A stretch of 64,000 nt of DNA, from positions 1,674,001 through 1,738,000 of the forward strand of contig CM035361.1 in the NCBI GenBank assembly GCA_020137815.1, read 5' to 3'. The translations under genes were made by a program, and so were the position numbers. How positions within the stretch are numbered: the stretch's first letter is position 1; every line of letters starts with the position of its first letter. The stretch is from Hormiphora californensis. Taxonomy: Eukaryota > Animalia > Ctenophora. The notes below the pieces were generated by a model, which saw only the letters and a program-made list of their open reading frames with translations, made no database searches and was not told the origin of the DNA. This document shows positions 13,044 to 25,446 of this stretch, piece after piece.

Positions 13044-15557
13044 CCCACTCTAACGATTACACTGTACAGTTTAACTACTAACAGTTCTTTGCTTGTTCGT
13101 GTCACTATAATGTTCACAAGTCTATAGAACACGTACCTACTCACTTGACACATGTCCGTGTGTGTTGGGAGTTATGTGTGTTTGTCGGATACCTTCCTTC
13201 AGTAAAATTTATACAAATATTTGTTGGTATAGTTGGTATAGTAGCTAGTGGTATAGTAGTGGTAGTGCGACAATATCTGGGTAACATTACACCCACAAGT
13301 CACATAGCTGATCATTGGTTCTCGTTTTCTACTAGTTGGCTTAGCACAATGTTTATACAGTACACATGTACACAGTCAACAGTGTACATAGTGTACATTG
13401 TGCGTGTGTTTGTTTGTATTGTATATAAAAGTGTGTTCGTGTGTGACAAACATTATAGTGTGACACTTCTGGAATCACCTGTCATCACTACTACACACTT
13501 TTACACTCAGTATTTCTCTCACTCTTTCTATCTGTCTCTCTCTATTTGTCTCTCTCTATCTGTCTCTCTCCTCCCTCCTTTCTATTTCTCGGTCTCTCAC
13601 AAGCTAACTTTCGATATCCAGGACTAGCAGTATCTCTCCCCCTCTCTCTCTATCTCTCTCTATCGATACTAATCCCTTCTACCCTGTAACCTTCCTCTCT
13701 CTCATAAGTCTACTACTATTTTATTCCATGTCTATAATATAGATAACCCCGGCTAGTAGAGGGATGAAATCTGATATACCACCCTGTCAGGGTGGTATAT
13801 CAATACGATATCCACGAGGAGCAACGCGACGAGGGGAATATCGTGTGATAATCCCCGTAGGGGATTATCAAATTTCATCACTTTACTAGCCGTGGTTATT
13901 TATTATAAAACGACCCCGGGAATTATGAAAGGTGTGAAAACAGAGGGAGAGAATTATTTGATATACCACAGTAGACTGCGGGAAATATCAGCAGGGGGGG
14001 TGGTTTATATCTATTTCTCTATCCCTCTCTATCCCTCCCCTCACCCTCATTTCTAACTCCCCTATATCCCTCACCTCACCTCTATCCCCTCACCTCTATC
14101 CCTCCTCCACCTATCCCTCTCTATCCCTCCCTCCCCTCACTTCTTCCATCTCAGTGTATGTGCAGCTTGCAAGAAGCCCATAGAGGGACGGGCAGTGTCA
14201 GCACTCGATAAAAAGTGGCACCCCGAACACTTTGTGTGTGGACATTGTGAACGCCCCTTCGCTGGGGAGAGATTCTACGAACATGGCAGTAAGTGGCTTA
14301 GTGGCTTACAGTTGGAAAGGACGGTCTTATATGAGAAAACAAACAATATGGGTTCAATGTACGGTCAGACACCGATTTACCGGGATAATCGGGGGATTTG
14401 GGGTTTTGCCCAGTAAATCGGGGTTCCAGTAAACGGGGATTCGGGGTCCGACTGTACATTGAACCCATATTTGGCATGTTTGGCACTTGTCACCAAGGAA
14501 TAATAATACTTTATGTAACTACTGTAAAACTAGAAATTTTCGTGAGATTTTTATTTTCGCTCTTTATTTTTGGCTGAAAAATCCGCGAAAATTAATTCCG
14601 CGAAAATATTTTGGACGATTTTTTTACAGAAAATAATGGTCATGTGACCACTGCTCTTATACGTGGCAAGGGATTCAGTAGGAGTTGTAAGCCAATGAGA
14701 TGTGAGCCTTTTCTGTCTCATCCCTGATTGGCTATCTCTTAGAGCCAATCAGCAATGAGAAAATGCTCATATTTCATTGGTCTACGCCAAGCAGGTCTGG
14801 TGTCTCATGGCAATGATGACTGCACTCTTGGCGTAATTAAGTAGACAATAGACTAGGACCGTGAAATGGGGGTAGCAGTGGGATTAGCGAAAATTAAAAT
14901 CGCGAAAATAGTAAATTTTGATCGAATCGCGAAAATAGTAAATTTTGATCGAATCGCGAAAATTAATTGCCTCGAAAATATCTAGTTTTACAGTATCACC
15001 TTTTCAGCAATGGCGTACTGTGAGTTACATTACAGGAAACTATTTGGGGAACCTTGTTTCTACTGTTGTAAATCTGCTGCTGACGAGGTAAAGTAGATCC
15101 TGTACACCCCTCTTCTCTCTATCTCTCTCTCTCTCTCTCTCTCCTCTCTCCCCCTCTCTCTCTCTCTCTCTTTCTCTCTCCTGTCTTCCTCCTTCTCCCC
15201 TCTCTTTATTCCCCTACTCTATAATACCCTACTCTCTCTTCAGATAGTGCAATTTAACAAGACCTGGTGTGAGAACCACTTTTTCTGTCATGGTTGCGAT
15301 GTTCATATAAAATATTCAAATTCGAAATTCCTGGAAATTGACTTCCTGTAAGTATATTCACTTTACATTCCGTGTACATGTGTGACAGCACAGTGCAGAC
15401 ATTTTCTCTAATTGTTCTTAATTCATATCTTCACAACCTGTTCTCTCCATTCAGGCCGTACTGTAAAAAGTGTTATGGGAAATTACCTGATGAGCTGAAG
15501 AAGCGGCTGAAAAAAGCTGCTGAGAGTCTAGAGAGGAAAAAGCAGGGTAAAAAGTAA
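8036..15557 (+). CDS. LIMS1: PINCH / LIM and senescent cell antigen-like protein (five LIM domains)
   Basis: Exons ~8036-8143, 9021-9138, 9758-9855, (part lost in corrupted 10.1-12.4 kb), 12539-12660, 14155-14288, 15008-15087, 15244-15347, 15455-15557. Motifs [57 protein letters not shown] and [20 protein letters not shown] match PINCH. Confidence 0.95.
10260..12360. other. Low-quality, homopolymer-corrupted assembly segment
   Basis: Almost entirely long runs of C/T/A/G with no coherent structure. The missing part of PINCH LIM2/LIM3 should lie here. Confidence 0.85.
13743..13899. mobile_element. Small cruciform inverted-repeat element with nested hairpins
   Basis: Outer IR ATAACCCCGGCTAGTAGAGGGATGAAAT / ATTTCATCACTTTACTAGCCGTGGTTAT encloses hairpins GATATACCACCCTG-T-CAGGGTGGTATATC and GATAATCCCC-GTA-GGGGATTATC. 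Confidence 0.6.
14362..14454. mobile_element. Tc1/pogo-type MITE, CAGTCGGACCCCGATTTACCGGG family
   Basis: TA-flanked degenerate copy. Other copies lie at ~2908-2956, 8723-8790, 27573-27740, 29100-29250, 42039-42106, 48874-49045 and 59320-59439. Confidence 0.75.
14522..14993. mobile_element. MITE with TA TSD and TIR CTGTAAAACTAGA (Tc1/mariner-type)
   Basis: TA|CTGTAAAACTAGAAATTTTCG...CGAAAATATCTAGTTTTACAG|TA, with subterminal CGCGAAAAT repeats. Confidence 0.8.
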
Positions 15558-15690
15558 GTGGGTTCTTCTTCCTCTCTTTTGTAACGTTTTAACTTTTTAA
15601 CCAGATTTCAATCGCAGGAGACTCCTGTTTTGTGGATTAGGGTAACTGACTCAATGTTTCGTACTATTAATCCCTGTATCAACCAAATAA

Positions 15691-16000
15691 TCTCTATTAT
15701 AATTTGGAGATGAACGTCGAAGTCGAAGTCGTTCGTTCAGTGCGTTTCTACGCGACAGTGCTCCTTCATAAAACACTTCATATGACCAAAGCTGTAAAGC
15801 TGTTGCTCACACTTTTGGAACTTCCAGTGGAAATTTCTTAATATTTCGAATGACTTTTAACAGGCCAGTCCCCATAGTTACCAATTCAGTTGCCATGGCA
15901 ACCGTGTTATTGACGTTGAAAGTGGCAAAAGGAACCGCCCGGCGAAGCCGGGTGGGTTATCAAAAGCCCTTACTTGAGGCGCACCCAATGGGTGCGCTAG
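15691..16000 (+). mobile_element. Non-autonomous Helitron (~310 bp) just downstream of the PINCH stop
   Basis: A|TCTCTATTATAATTTGGAGATGAACGTCG ... hairpin GCGCACCCAATGGGTGCGC ending in CTAG|T. Inserted between A and T with no TSD. 5' end is shared with the elements at 50437-52059 and 59972 onward. Confidence 0.8.
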
Positions 16001-17362
16001 TTAATATTAACAGTGTATTAATAACGTGTACTGTGTCAAATAATGTGCTTTGTAAAATGTATTTACAGGGGACAGCTTCACTAATTGTATAACTCTGATA
16101 CATGTATTGTTCCCAGGTAGCGTGTAATTTCTAAGGACATGAAGAGAGATATTTCTACAGTTTTTATACGGGGCTGTTCACTCTTTTAGAGGAGAGAGAG
16201 AGAGGCGTTATTAGGCCGGGGAATTGAACCACCCTGAGCCTCCAAGAAGACGAAGAAGAAGACGAAGAAGAAGAAAAAGAAGAGAATTTATTAATTAATT
16301 AATTAGTTATTGTTTAGTTGCAAATGTTGGACAACAATTGTTTTAGTAGGACAATGAACACATAATTCTTTTTGCATGTATCTCACTATATTTTATCCCA
16401 ATTTTTCGTTGACCAAAGAATGTTAATTTGTTGTCGTTTTGTGTTCCCATGAATCAATCAAAAACCGTTCAGTTGTCGACCCTCGAGCTGTTTTCCGCAC
16501 AACGACTAGCACAAAGTGGCCTCGCAAGAGTCCAAAGTACCCCGGTTCTCGCGCGCCCCTGACCGTGGGAAAATATAGCGCGCGTGAAGTACCCTGGAGT
16601 GTGTAGAATTGTTCAGGCTTCCCCGGTATGGCACTTTCTCACTCTCTCACGCTTCCTTGATTTAATTTTAGGTTTCTGCCAATAGGCTCGGTATGTAGGT
16701 TTTCCCACGGGGCTGTGAGAATTGATTAATGATTCAAACAGAGAGAGAATTGCTTGGTTCCTACCCTCAAGATAAGATATGGATTGGTTAGAGAGAGAAT
16801 ATCCATTTTTCACTTCCTCCCCCCCCCCCCCCCCCCCCATCTTGGGGATAACTCGTCTACTTCTAGACGGGTACCTTCCAGACAACCTTTGCGTCTAAAC
16901 CTAAATATTCGACCCTGTCTAATGAATAGACCAGCCGGTTTTGACCACCTCTCCTTGACTTGAGTTCATCATAAAAGTCTTGGTTAAATAAATTAAACCG
17001 TAAATAAAGGTTATACAGTCAATCAGTTTCTCACAAAACAACACAGATATTAAACTTCAACTATCACAACAAAGATACTATAAACACGACAACAATATAC
17101 AACTCAAGATAGTCTTTCTTTAGTTTCTGAGTCCGCTACTTAGCACTGTTAGGACTGGTTGAACAATAGGCAATATGTCAACTCAAGGGTGTATAAATAC
17201 TGGTTCTCCCGGCCCTAATAGGACTTATAGGACCGCCCTATACAATCGGATATACTGCTATACAATAATAGGGTCGCGATACCTTCCTACACGCATATGT
17301 ATTTGTGTGAAGAGAGTATAGAAATATTCACACTCTCATTCTCTAGGAGATACTACAGTTTT

Positions 17363-20300
17363 TCAGATGAATTGTTTCGTTGAGTTCTCTACACTAGGTG
17401 TGTTGACTGGGGAGCTGACTTGTGACGTCATTGGTAGGGTGGTATTTGGCTGACTTGAACCTGCAGGAGAGAAGGGGATAATGTTAGATTATTAGGAACA
17501 TTGTTTTGCTACTAAATCGTTAATTTAACAACCTTTTCATTGATTTATTCAGTTACAGTATTTTGACTGCAAGCAGCACTGTAACAGTGCTGCTTGCTTA
17601 GTGTTACCTGAGTTATTGGTGGGATGTTGTTTCCGTGTTTTTGAAGCGAACTTTAGCACTGATTTTCTGGCCACATCGTGGGCATTACGGGCAGGGTAGG
17701 GGAGACTTGCTGAGTTACGGCGCTTCTTGCTCCCTTCCTGGAACTATAGAATATAAAGCGGTGTGTTAATTAACTGAAAGAGGCAGCAACTGGACCCCCC
17801 AATCACATTCCCCGATTTTATTTATTAAAAAGCGTGCTCAGATTGGGCCGCTGTATGTATAATGGTTAGAGTCTATTTTTTATTTACGCACACGAGTTTG
17901 GGCCTGACCAGTTGAATAAAAATGAACTCTAGAACTTAGACTAAGAGGATCCGAGACACACGTCACATATCAAGTCCACTAGGTGACTTACCGCGTTGGT
18001 CACCTTCACGTGATCCATTGTGATTCGAACAAAGTTCTTCTTTTGCTGGGTAGGTGGTGTGGAAATATGGCTCTCACAAATACCTAGTGGACATAATGTA
18101 GTTAACAGGAACTGACCGAAACAATTAAACAACCAATCAGAACTCGTTATTTAGGTCACGTGACTGGTTAGCAGCCAATCAGGGACCAGTGTTCCCAGAT
18201 TCGGTCGGTTCCTGGTAGTTAATTATTTGATTTGTTGAGTAGGATGCAGTAAGAAATGATGTCATGTGACAGGTTTTTCTAATACACGAGATCACGACTG
18301 CTGCTGCAACTTACTTTTCTTGGTGTCCCCAGGTAGACCATTACTAATGTAACTGCCCCTCCTAGAATTGGTGGCACTAGTTGCTTTAGCTTCTGCGATC
18401 ATCTTCTGTACTTTGTGTGTTGAGGTTGAGTTCAGCATCTGATAACAGGGGATGTGGGTGTTAGTAGTGCAGTTTTGGATTAGCTGCAAACGAGGTCTGG
18501 GGTCTGAGAAGCAAGGGGGAGTCGAGAAGGGAGTTGGTCACGTGTACGCAGTGAAACAAGGGAGTAGGAGGAAGGGATGAGAAGGGCGGGGATGAGAATC
18601 AAGGGGGAGGGGGGAGGGGGTGTCGAGAAGGGCAGCCAGGGCATCTTACCTTTACGAAGTTATTGCTGACTGTATAACTTTGAGCTTGGCTTGAGTTTCC
18701 TGGACTCGACACGGTGGCGTCTATTAGTTGAGTCAGGGTTTTCTGTAGGATGGGAGGAATCAGGGTCAGTATAATTATCTATTTATCTTTTACTTTTTCC
18801 AGAGACGATTTTTCTCAGTTCAGCACCCCGCCACCCCGTTTTGATTCTCCGAATAATATTTAATTCTAATAAGTTACCTTTAGTTTGGGGTTCCTGTTTG
18901 GACTTCGTTTTCCCGCTGCAAACTCGAACAAGAACACCACGATACTAAGCGCCACTACGGGGGCAATGATAGCCATCGTACCAACAACGCTGAATACACT
19001 GATCTCAGACGAGCCTGGGAGGTGAGGAGGGATGAGGGACTAAGGACTTGGCCTGAGGAGTAAGGGGTGAGAGTAAGGACTAAGGGGTGAGAATGGATCG
19101 GATGATTTGTTGACTGTTGTGAAACCCTTGCTCAATTACTTCAGCCGTGTGATTTAAAAACAGCTGGATCATGTGTGTCTCTTGTACCTGGTTCAGTGCT
19201 GAGGGTACCATCACAAGGTCCACTGGCCCAATTCCTCCAACTTGGTAGGATTTCATTCTTCTCCTTCATTTGAATTAGTCCCTTGTTGATTATCTCTATA
19301 ATCGGACTCTCATCTGGTACCTGGGAGATATATAAATTATAGATTCTATAAATTATAGATTCTATAATGTGTTCGATCCCTCCTGTCGTTCCAGTGCTAT
19401 ATATTCTATAATATAGAATATCTGATTTGAGCTGTCAGAGCATTGGCCTGACAAGATTTGAGTACAGGGATACTTGTAGAAAACACTATATTACTGTTTT
19501 ACGCGGTAGTGCACTGGAACGACAGGAGGGATCGAACACATACGCACACTACACTGTTTTTGATTTGTTTGACCCTCTCTCCCCCTGTCAGGCCAATGCT
19601 CTGACCACAGTTCTCGTGCGCTCCGGAGAGAAATGAGAATAGGGTCAGGCCAATGCTCGGACAGCTCTCCCATCGTTTTAACAACACAAAATGTCTCCTT
19701 ACCGCAAATGCCAGCTCGTAACTGAGGATATTGGTTTTGGTGACTTTTAGCCCGCACGGTTTCTGGTTACTGGAGTAAGTTAGTGGGGCACTACCATACA
19801 GAAACACGTATCTACCGGTCCTGGCTTTCTCTATACCGTGTGTGAAATTATCTGCCTGGGAGGGGAATATCAATCAATTGCATTGTGGTGACTGGTGAAA
19901 ATAAATCAACTCTACTGTAAAGTCTACGGAGCTGGAGCTATTTTACAATCGTCAGAATGGCTTTGTCGACCCCTTACTCAACAAGAATGTCGAACTAATT
20001 GAAATTACCATTTTAGCATGTCGGTAAAGAGACTCGATCTCCCGATCACTAGTATTACTAAGCAGCATATCAGTCACTGTACCAGCCACTGTACCATAGG
20101 GCAGACCGGAATCTTTCAAATCGTGTATCGTCTCGAACTCCTGAAGAAGTTTAAGATGGTTATTGGTTAGGTGATGACTCATAATTGGCATGTTCCTTGC
20201 CTGTCAGCTCTCACACCGGGCCTTCGGCCCGGTGTGAGCTTACGCGAGCCCGAGGCGCTTAAAGTGCCGAACAGACAGACTGCACAGCATGGCAAACTCA

Positions 20301-23300
20301 TAATGAGTCTTGAGAACTACTTGAGATGGGTGTGTGGCAATTGTCAATTGATTAATCAACTAACCTTGTTAATTAAATTACCTTGTTGATTCTGGTGACG
20401 GTGAGATAAGCTGCCAAGTTAGCAGTGTAGAGGGAGATTAGGACGAGACAGATCAACCACCAGGCGGTAATCAGCACCCTGGTTGACCAGCACTTAGGTG
20501 TGGCATCAGGGGGTCCAACCTGTGGGGGGGGGGGGGTGTTACACTTGGGTGTGGCATCAGGGGGTCCAACCTGTGGGGGGGGGGGGGGGGGGGGTGGTGT
20601 TACACTTGGGGGTGGCATCAGGGGATTCGACCTAGGGGGGGGGGGGTGGTGTTACACTTGGGGGTGGCATCAGGGGGTCCAACCTGTGGGGGGGGGGGGG
20701 TGTTACACTTGGGTGTGGCATCTGGGGGTCCGACCTAGGGGGGGGGTGTTACACTTGGGGGACCAAGCTGTGGGGGAGGGTGTGTTACACTTGGGAGTGG
20801 CATCTGGGGGTCCAACCTGTGGGGGGGGGGGGTGTTACACTTGGGTGTGGCATCTGGGGGTCCAACCTAGGGGGGGGGTGTTACACTTGGGGTCCAACCT
20901 AGGGGGGGGGGTGTTACACTTGGGGGTGGCATCAGGGGATCCGACCTGTGGGGGCGGGGGTGTTACACTTGGGGGTGGCATCAGGGGGTCCAACCTGTGG
21001 GGGCGGGGGTGTTACACTTGGGGGTGGCATCAGGGGGTCCAACCTGTGGGGGCGGGGGTGTTACACTTGGGGGTGGCATCTGGGGGCCCAACCTGTGGGG
21101 GGGGGGGGGTGGTGTTACACTTGGGAGTGGCATCTGGGGGTCCAACCTGTGGGGGGGGGGGGGGTGTTACACTTGGGGGTGGCATCAGGGGGTCCAACCT
21201 GTGGGGGGAAGGGGTGTTACACTTGGGGGTGGCATCTGGGGGCCCAACCTGTGGGGGGAGGGTGTTACACTTGGGGTGGCATCAGGGGGTCCAACCTGTG
21301 GGGGGGGGGGGGGTGTTACACTTGGGGGTGGCATCAGGGGGTCCGACCTGTGGGGGGAGGGGGGGTGTGAAGATATCAGGAATATCCAATATTTTTTACT
21401 GACAAAAGATGCGTGAGTACAAATTGTCAGGCACTCGCCACTCAGGCATCCTTTGCAAAAAGAGACACCCATGGGTTACCTGCAAGAAGGAACAAATAAC
21501 CAGCCAGACTGTGTTCATCAGATTCAGACTCTTCATTTCGTAGTGGATGCCTTGTTGATCATCAAACGGACACCCCTTAACTGCGAAATCACCACTTAAA
21601 CTTGCCTGCAGGTGGGTGGGAACAATTAGTAACGATGGGACTTGCAGTGGGGTCTGTAGGTTGAAATAATAAACCAAAACCGTCCAAATCCCTGTACTGC
21701 TTAACCTGCTAAACCTGACTTCATTATCACAGCAGCATTAGCAGTGGTACAGAGATTCGACCATATAATCTAACCAGTTATACCTCACACTGTTCACATT
21801 TGCAGCACAACAGCTTCTGTCTGGTGCCCCCATAGAACCCATAGGGACTGAACTGGTCAAATACGTAGATGAGGGCACAGAATATACACCCAGCAAGGAC
21901 AATAGCAATCCATAGCTCCCGGCTGAAGGGGGTGGATATTAGTCGGATTAGTGGATATTAGTTGGGGTGGGAGATATTACTTGGGAGTTGGGGGTAGGGG
22001 GATGGATATCATAATATTATTATTTGGGGGTGAATATTAGTTGGGAGTTGGGGATGGGGGGTATTATTTGGGGTGGGGATATTAGTCAGGGGGGGGGGGT
22101 GGATATCATAATATATTAGTTGGGGTGGAGTCTAGTTGGGGTTGGGGGATATTAGTTGGGGTGGGGGATGGTGGTGTTTCGAACATTGTCACTTGTCAGG
22201 TGGGTGGATATTAGTGTGAGAATGAAGCAGAGAGATAATTAATGTTATATGTAGTTATCTCTCTCTGGTAATTAGGATAAATATCATACACACATATTCG
22301 GTCAACATATGTAATATGACATCTTTATGAAGGATTCTCACAACAAGTTAGATTGAGTAGGCAGATGTGGTTGTGTAAACTTGTGAGTGACACACAGTCT
22401 TATCCGACTTTGTGTAGTTAACACTGCATTTCATAAAGCGAAATCGCTCTGTGAGAGTTCGGCAGATCATTGTAGATATATCTACCTTGGTGACATTGAT
22501 ACCTGAGTGAGATCGACGTCCCGTGCAACTGAGATCGATCTCACATACTAGAATAGGTTGTAATGGATCCAAATATCTACCTGAATGGCCGGAGGAAGAA
22601 GAAAGAATCACTTTTGAACATGGTAAGGGGGTCAAATTCACCATCAGCGCCTGCTGGAGGTCCCTCTTGTCTAGCCATCACTACACCACCTGAGGGGGTA
22701 CATATGGATCATCAGTGTTTGTTTGTCTTGGGGAACCTGGGTGTTTTTGTGAGTCGGTCCCTTAGGAACCTGGAAAGTGGAACTAATTACATTAATTAAA
22801 ATAATCATCAATTACCTGTTAGTAAGGGGACTGTAAAATCTACAACTTGTTCCCTCGCGGTGTTGATTCCAAATGCCACGATGCCAATATCGATTTCTTT
22901 CCTGACCAGCATCCCAATCAATCCATCCCATTCTGCCTCACCTGTTCCTTCAACCTGGAGAGTTTGACAAATTAGGGAGGTTAAATAGGTGCAAAACGTT
23001 CAGAGACCGGGGAGGTTGTTAACCCTTTGAGGCCCATAACGATTGGCTAAACAACTTTCCAATTTTTTGTGGAGGTAGTTATGAGAATGGGAGCTGGGGA
23101 CAATGTTGTTCTTACCGGACTGCCGAATTTTCCGTTAGGCTCTTCAACAAATTCATAACTAAATGAAAACTTCTCAGCCAATTTTTCAATGATATCGATA
23201 CTAAGCCCCTCGTAACATTTCATCTTATTCTCCAGTTGGCAGGATTTGTGACCGTCTTGTCTGTACCGGTAGGTGACAAAGGGGGCATCCTCAACTATTC

Positions 23301-25389
23301 CTACCTACAGGAGAGAGAGAACATGAATCACTATCAGTGGTTTTACCATATTAAACCTTGCCCATGGCACTTATCTGACGATCCAGGATCAGACTTTGTC
23401 AACGGTACAGCTTGGTCACTGGTTAGGCGTCGCACTGACCCTTTCTCGCTTTGAGCAGAGTTAGGAGATTGGTCAGGCGTATCGCGCCATTTGTGTACCT
23501 TCAGGTGGCTAGCTATGTTGTCCTTGATGTTTGTCTCTCCTCCAAAGAACTGGGGTTTCCTAACTATAGCAACTCCCTGACTCTCCTCAAACTGTCCAAT
23601 ATCCATGGGGGCACCTAGAGAGAGAAAGGTTGGGGGAGAGGGGGCACCTAGTGGGATAGAGGTTGGGGGAGAGGGGCACCATGTGGGGGCACCTAGAGGA
23701 GCGGGGGTACTACAGCGCTGGACACTAGTTCTTCTTTAAGTCGCAAAACAAAGCAGCCTCTAAGATTCAGCAGCAGTGTGTCTAAGATTGATAAAATTTG
23801 GCAGCATAATACGTGACAGCACTATCTAAAATGTGTCTAAGATTGATAAGATTAATAATGTGACAGCACTATTTAAAATGATTTACAACTCACCGGTTCG
23901 GACGTTCACCACAGTATAAATATCTCGTTTAGGTCCTCCGCTCCAGGAGAATGAGATGTTTCTAAAACTGACCCCATCAAACTCTATCTCTCTGAGTGCA
24001 CGTGCTATCTTAATCCCTCCCACTCGATCGAAACTCCCCAGTTGTAGATACTCTCGGTCGGGTCCGCCCGGCACTGCTGTTGGGTTACAGGAGACATTGG
24101 CATCACCGAAATCCAGCTCACCCTGTGGGATTGGGGAAAATTAGGGGATTATATTAGGTCTTCAATTGGTATTATATAGCTGTGGCCTAAATTTCATGGA
24201 ACTCCTTATTAGCTGCAATCATACCCAACTTTCTCTCCCTCTACCTGTTTATCAAGATGGTCTAGTGCCATTATTAGTGCCATTGTACTATCATACACCT
24301 TAGCAGAGAGTGTATCTACCCGCTGTATCCTGACATTTAGTGCATCCTCCATTGCCGTCCTGTAGCGTGCGTAATGTTACAGTTGAATGCAGTATGACAA
24401 TGTAGTTAGTGGTACACGGTTCGATAATCGATAATTAAATAGCTAAAGCAAATTAACTTATTGTTGGGACTTAATTCATTAGCTAGATGTATATGGGTAA
24501 GAAAGTATAAATTGGAAGTGAGAACTGACCGTAAGTGAAGATACTCCTCCGTTTCATCGTTTGATATCTGACTGATTAGAAGAAGACCGTCATAGAACAC
24601 TGGCTGCTTGTTCTGGTGGTTATCCTAGATAGGAGGAGGAGCGTCAAAGGTAATGGAAAATTTTGTGGCTCACAAACTGGATTTTATTTCATAATATCGT
24701 GCTCTGTGAGGGTTCGACAGATCTCAAATGGGATAGTGAAGAATGATATCCCTCTTCAATTTTTCATACTGAATGACTGTGATCTTCATATTGAAACTCA
24801 CCAAATCCCAGCTCTATGGATGAGTGAATGCTGTTTTGACCCCCCCCCCTTCCATGACCCATGCAAACTCACCAAATCCTGACTGGCACTACTTCCACTA
24901 ATCCAGAGGTACTCAGGTCCAATAAGGCCTGCTGCATCAGCTTGCTCCAGTATTGGTCTCACAAACTGAACCGATACAAACATAATGAACACTCTGATTC
25001 TTTGTTCCTTTAGTTGCTTCATCTTGGATCTGTAGAGAGGTGGGTGGATGGAGTTAACTGAGGAAAAGGTTTAAGATCCTGATTGCCAAGTCAAGTCGGG
25101 CAGTTGCATCTAGCCTAGAAGGAAGTGGGGACTGGGGCTTTGTGGTGTGGGAGAGGGTGTCGGGAGTTTCATAAACTATTATTCCTGTAGTTGGTGACCC
25201 AGTTCAATTTTAAAGCTGCCACGTCATATCTTACCCGAGATCCAGTTTGGTAGGGAACATGGTGCTGGCAGGAATTATAACATACTGTCGGATCACAACT
25301 CCTAGCTGATGGGCCCGTACCTCGAAATTAGATCGGAGCCCCAATCCTGTAGAGGGAAAGGGAGAGAGAGAGAGAAAGGGAGAGAGAGA

Positions 25390-25446
<57 letters not shown>

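Noticed and set aside
20500-21416. 300-aa Gly-rich + strand ORF; also considered as a CRISPR-like array
   Set aside because: Antisense reading of the acceptor tandem array. The spacers are only poly-G, there are no cas genes and the context is eukaryotic. A frame-preserving microexon-cassette model also fails because the internal GTs give 26- or 28-nt exons.
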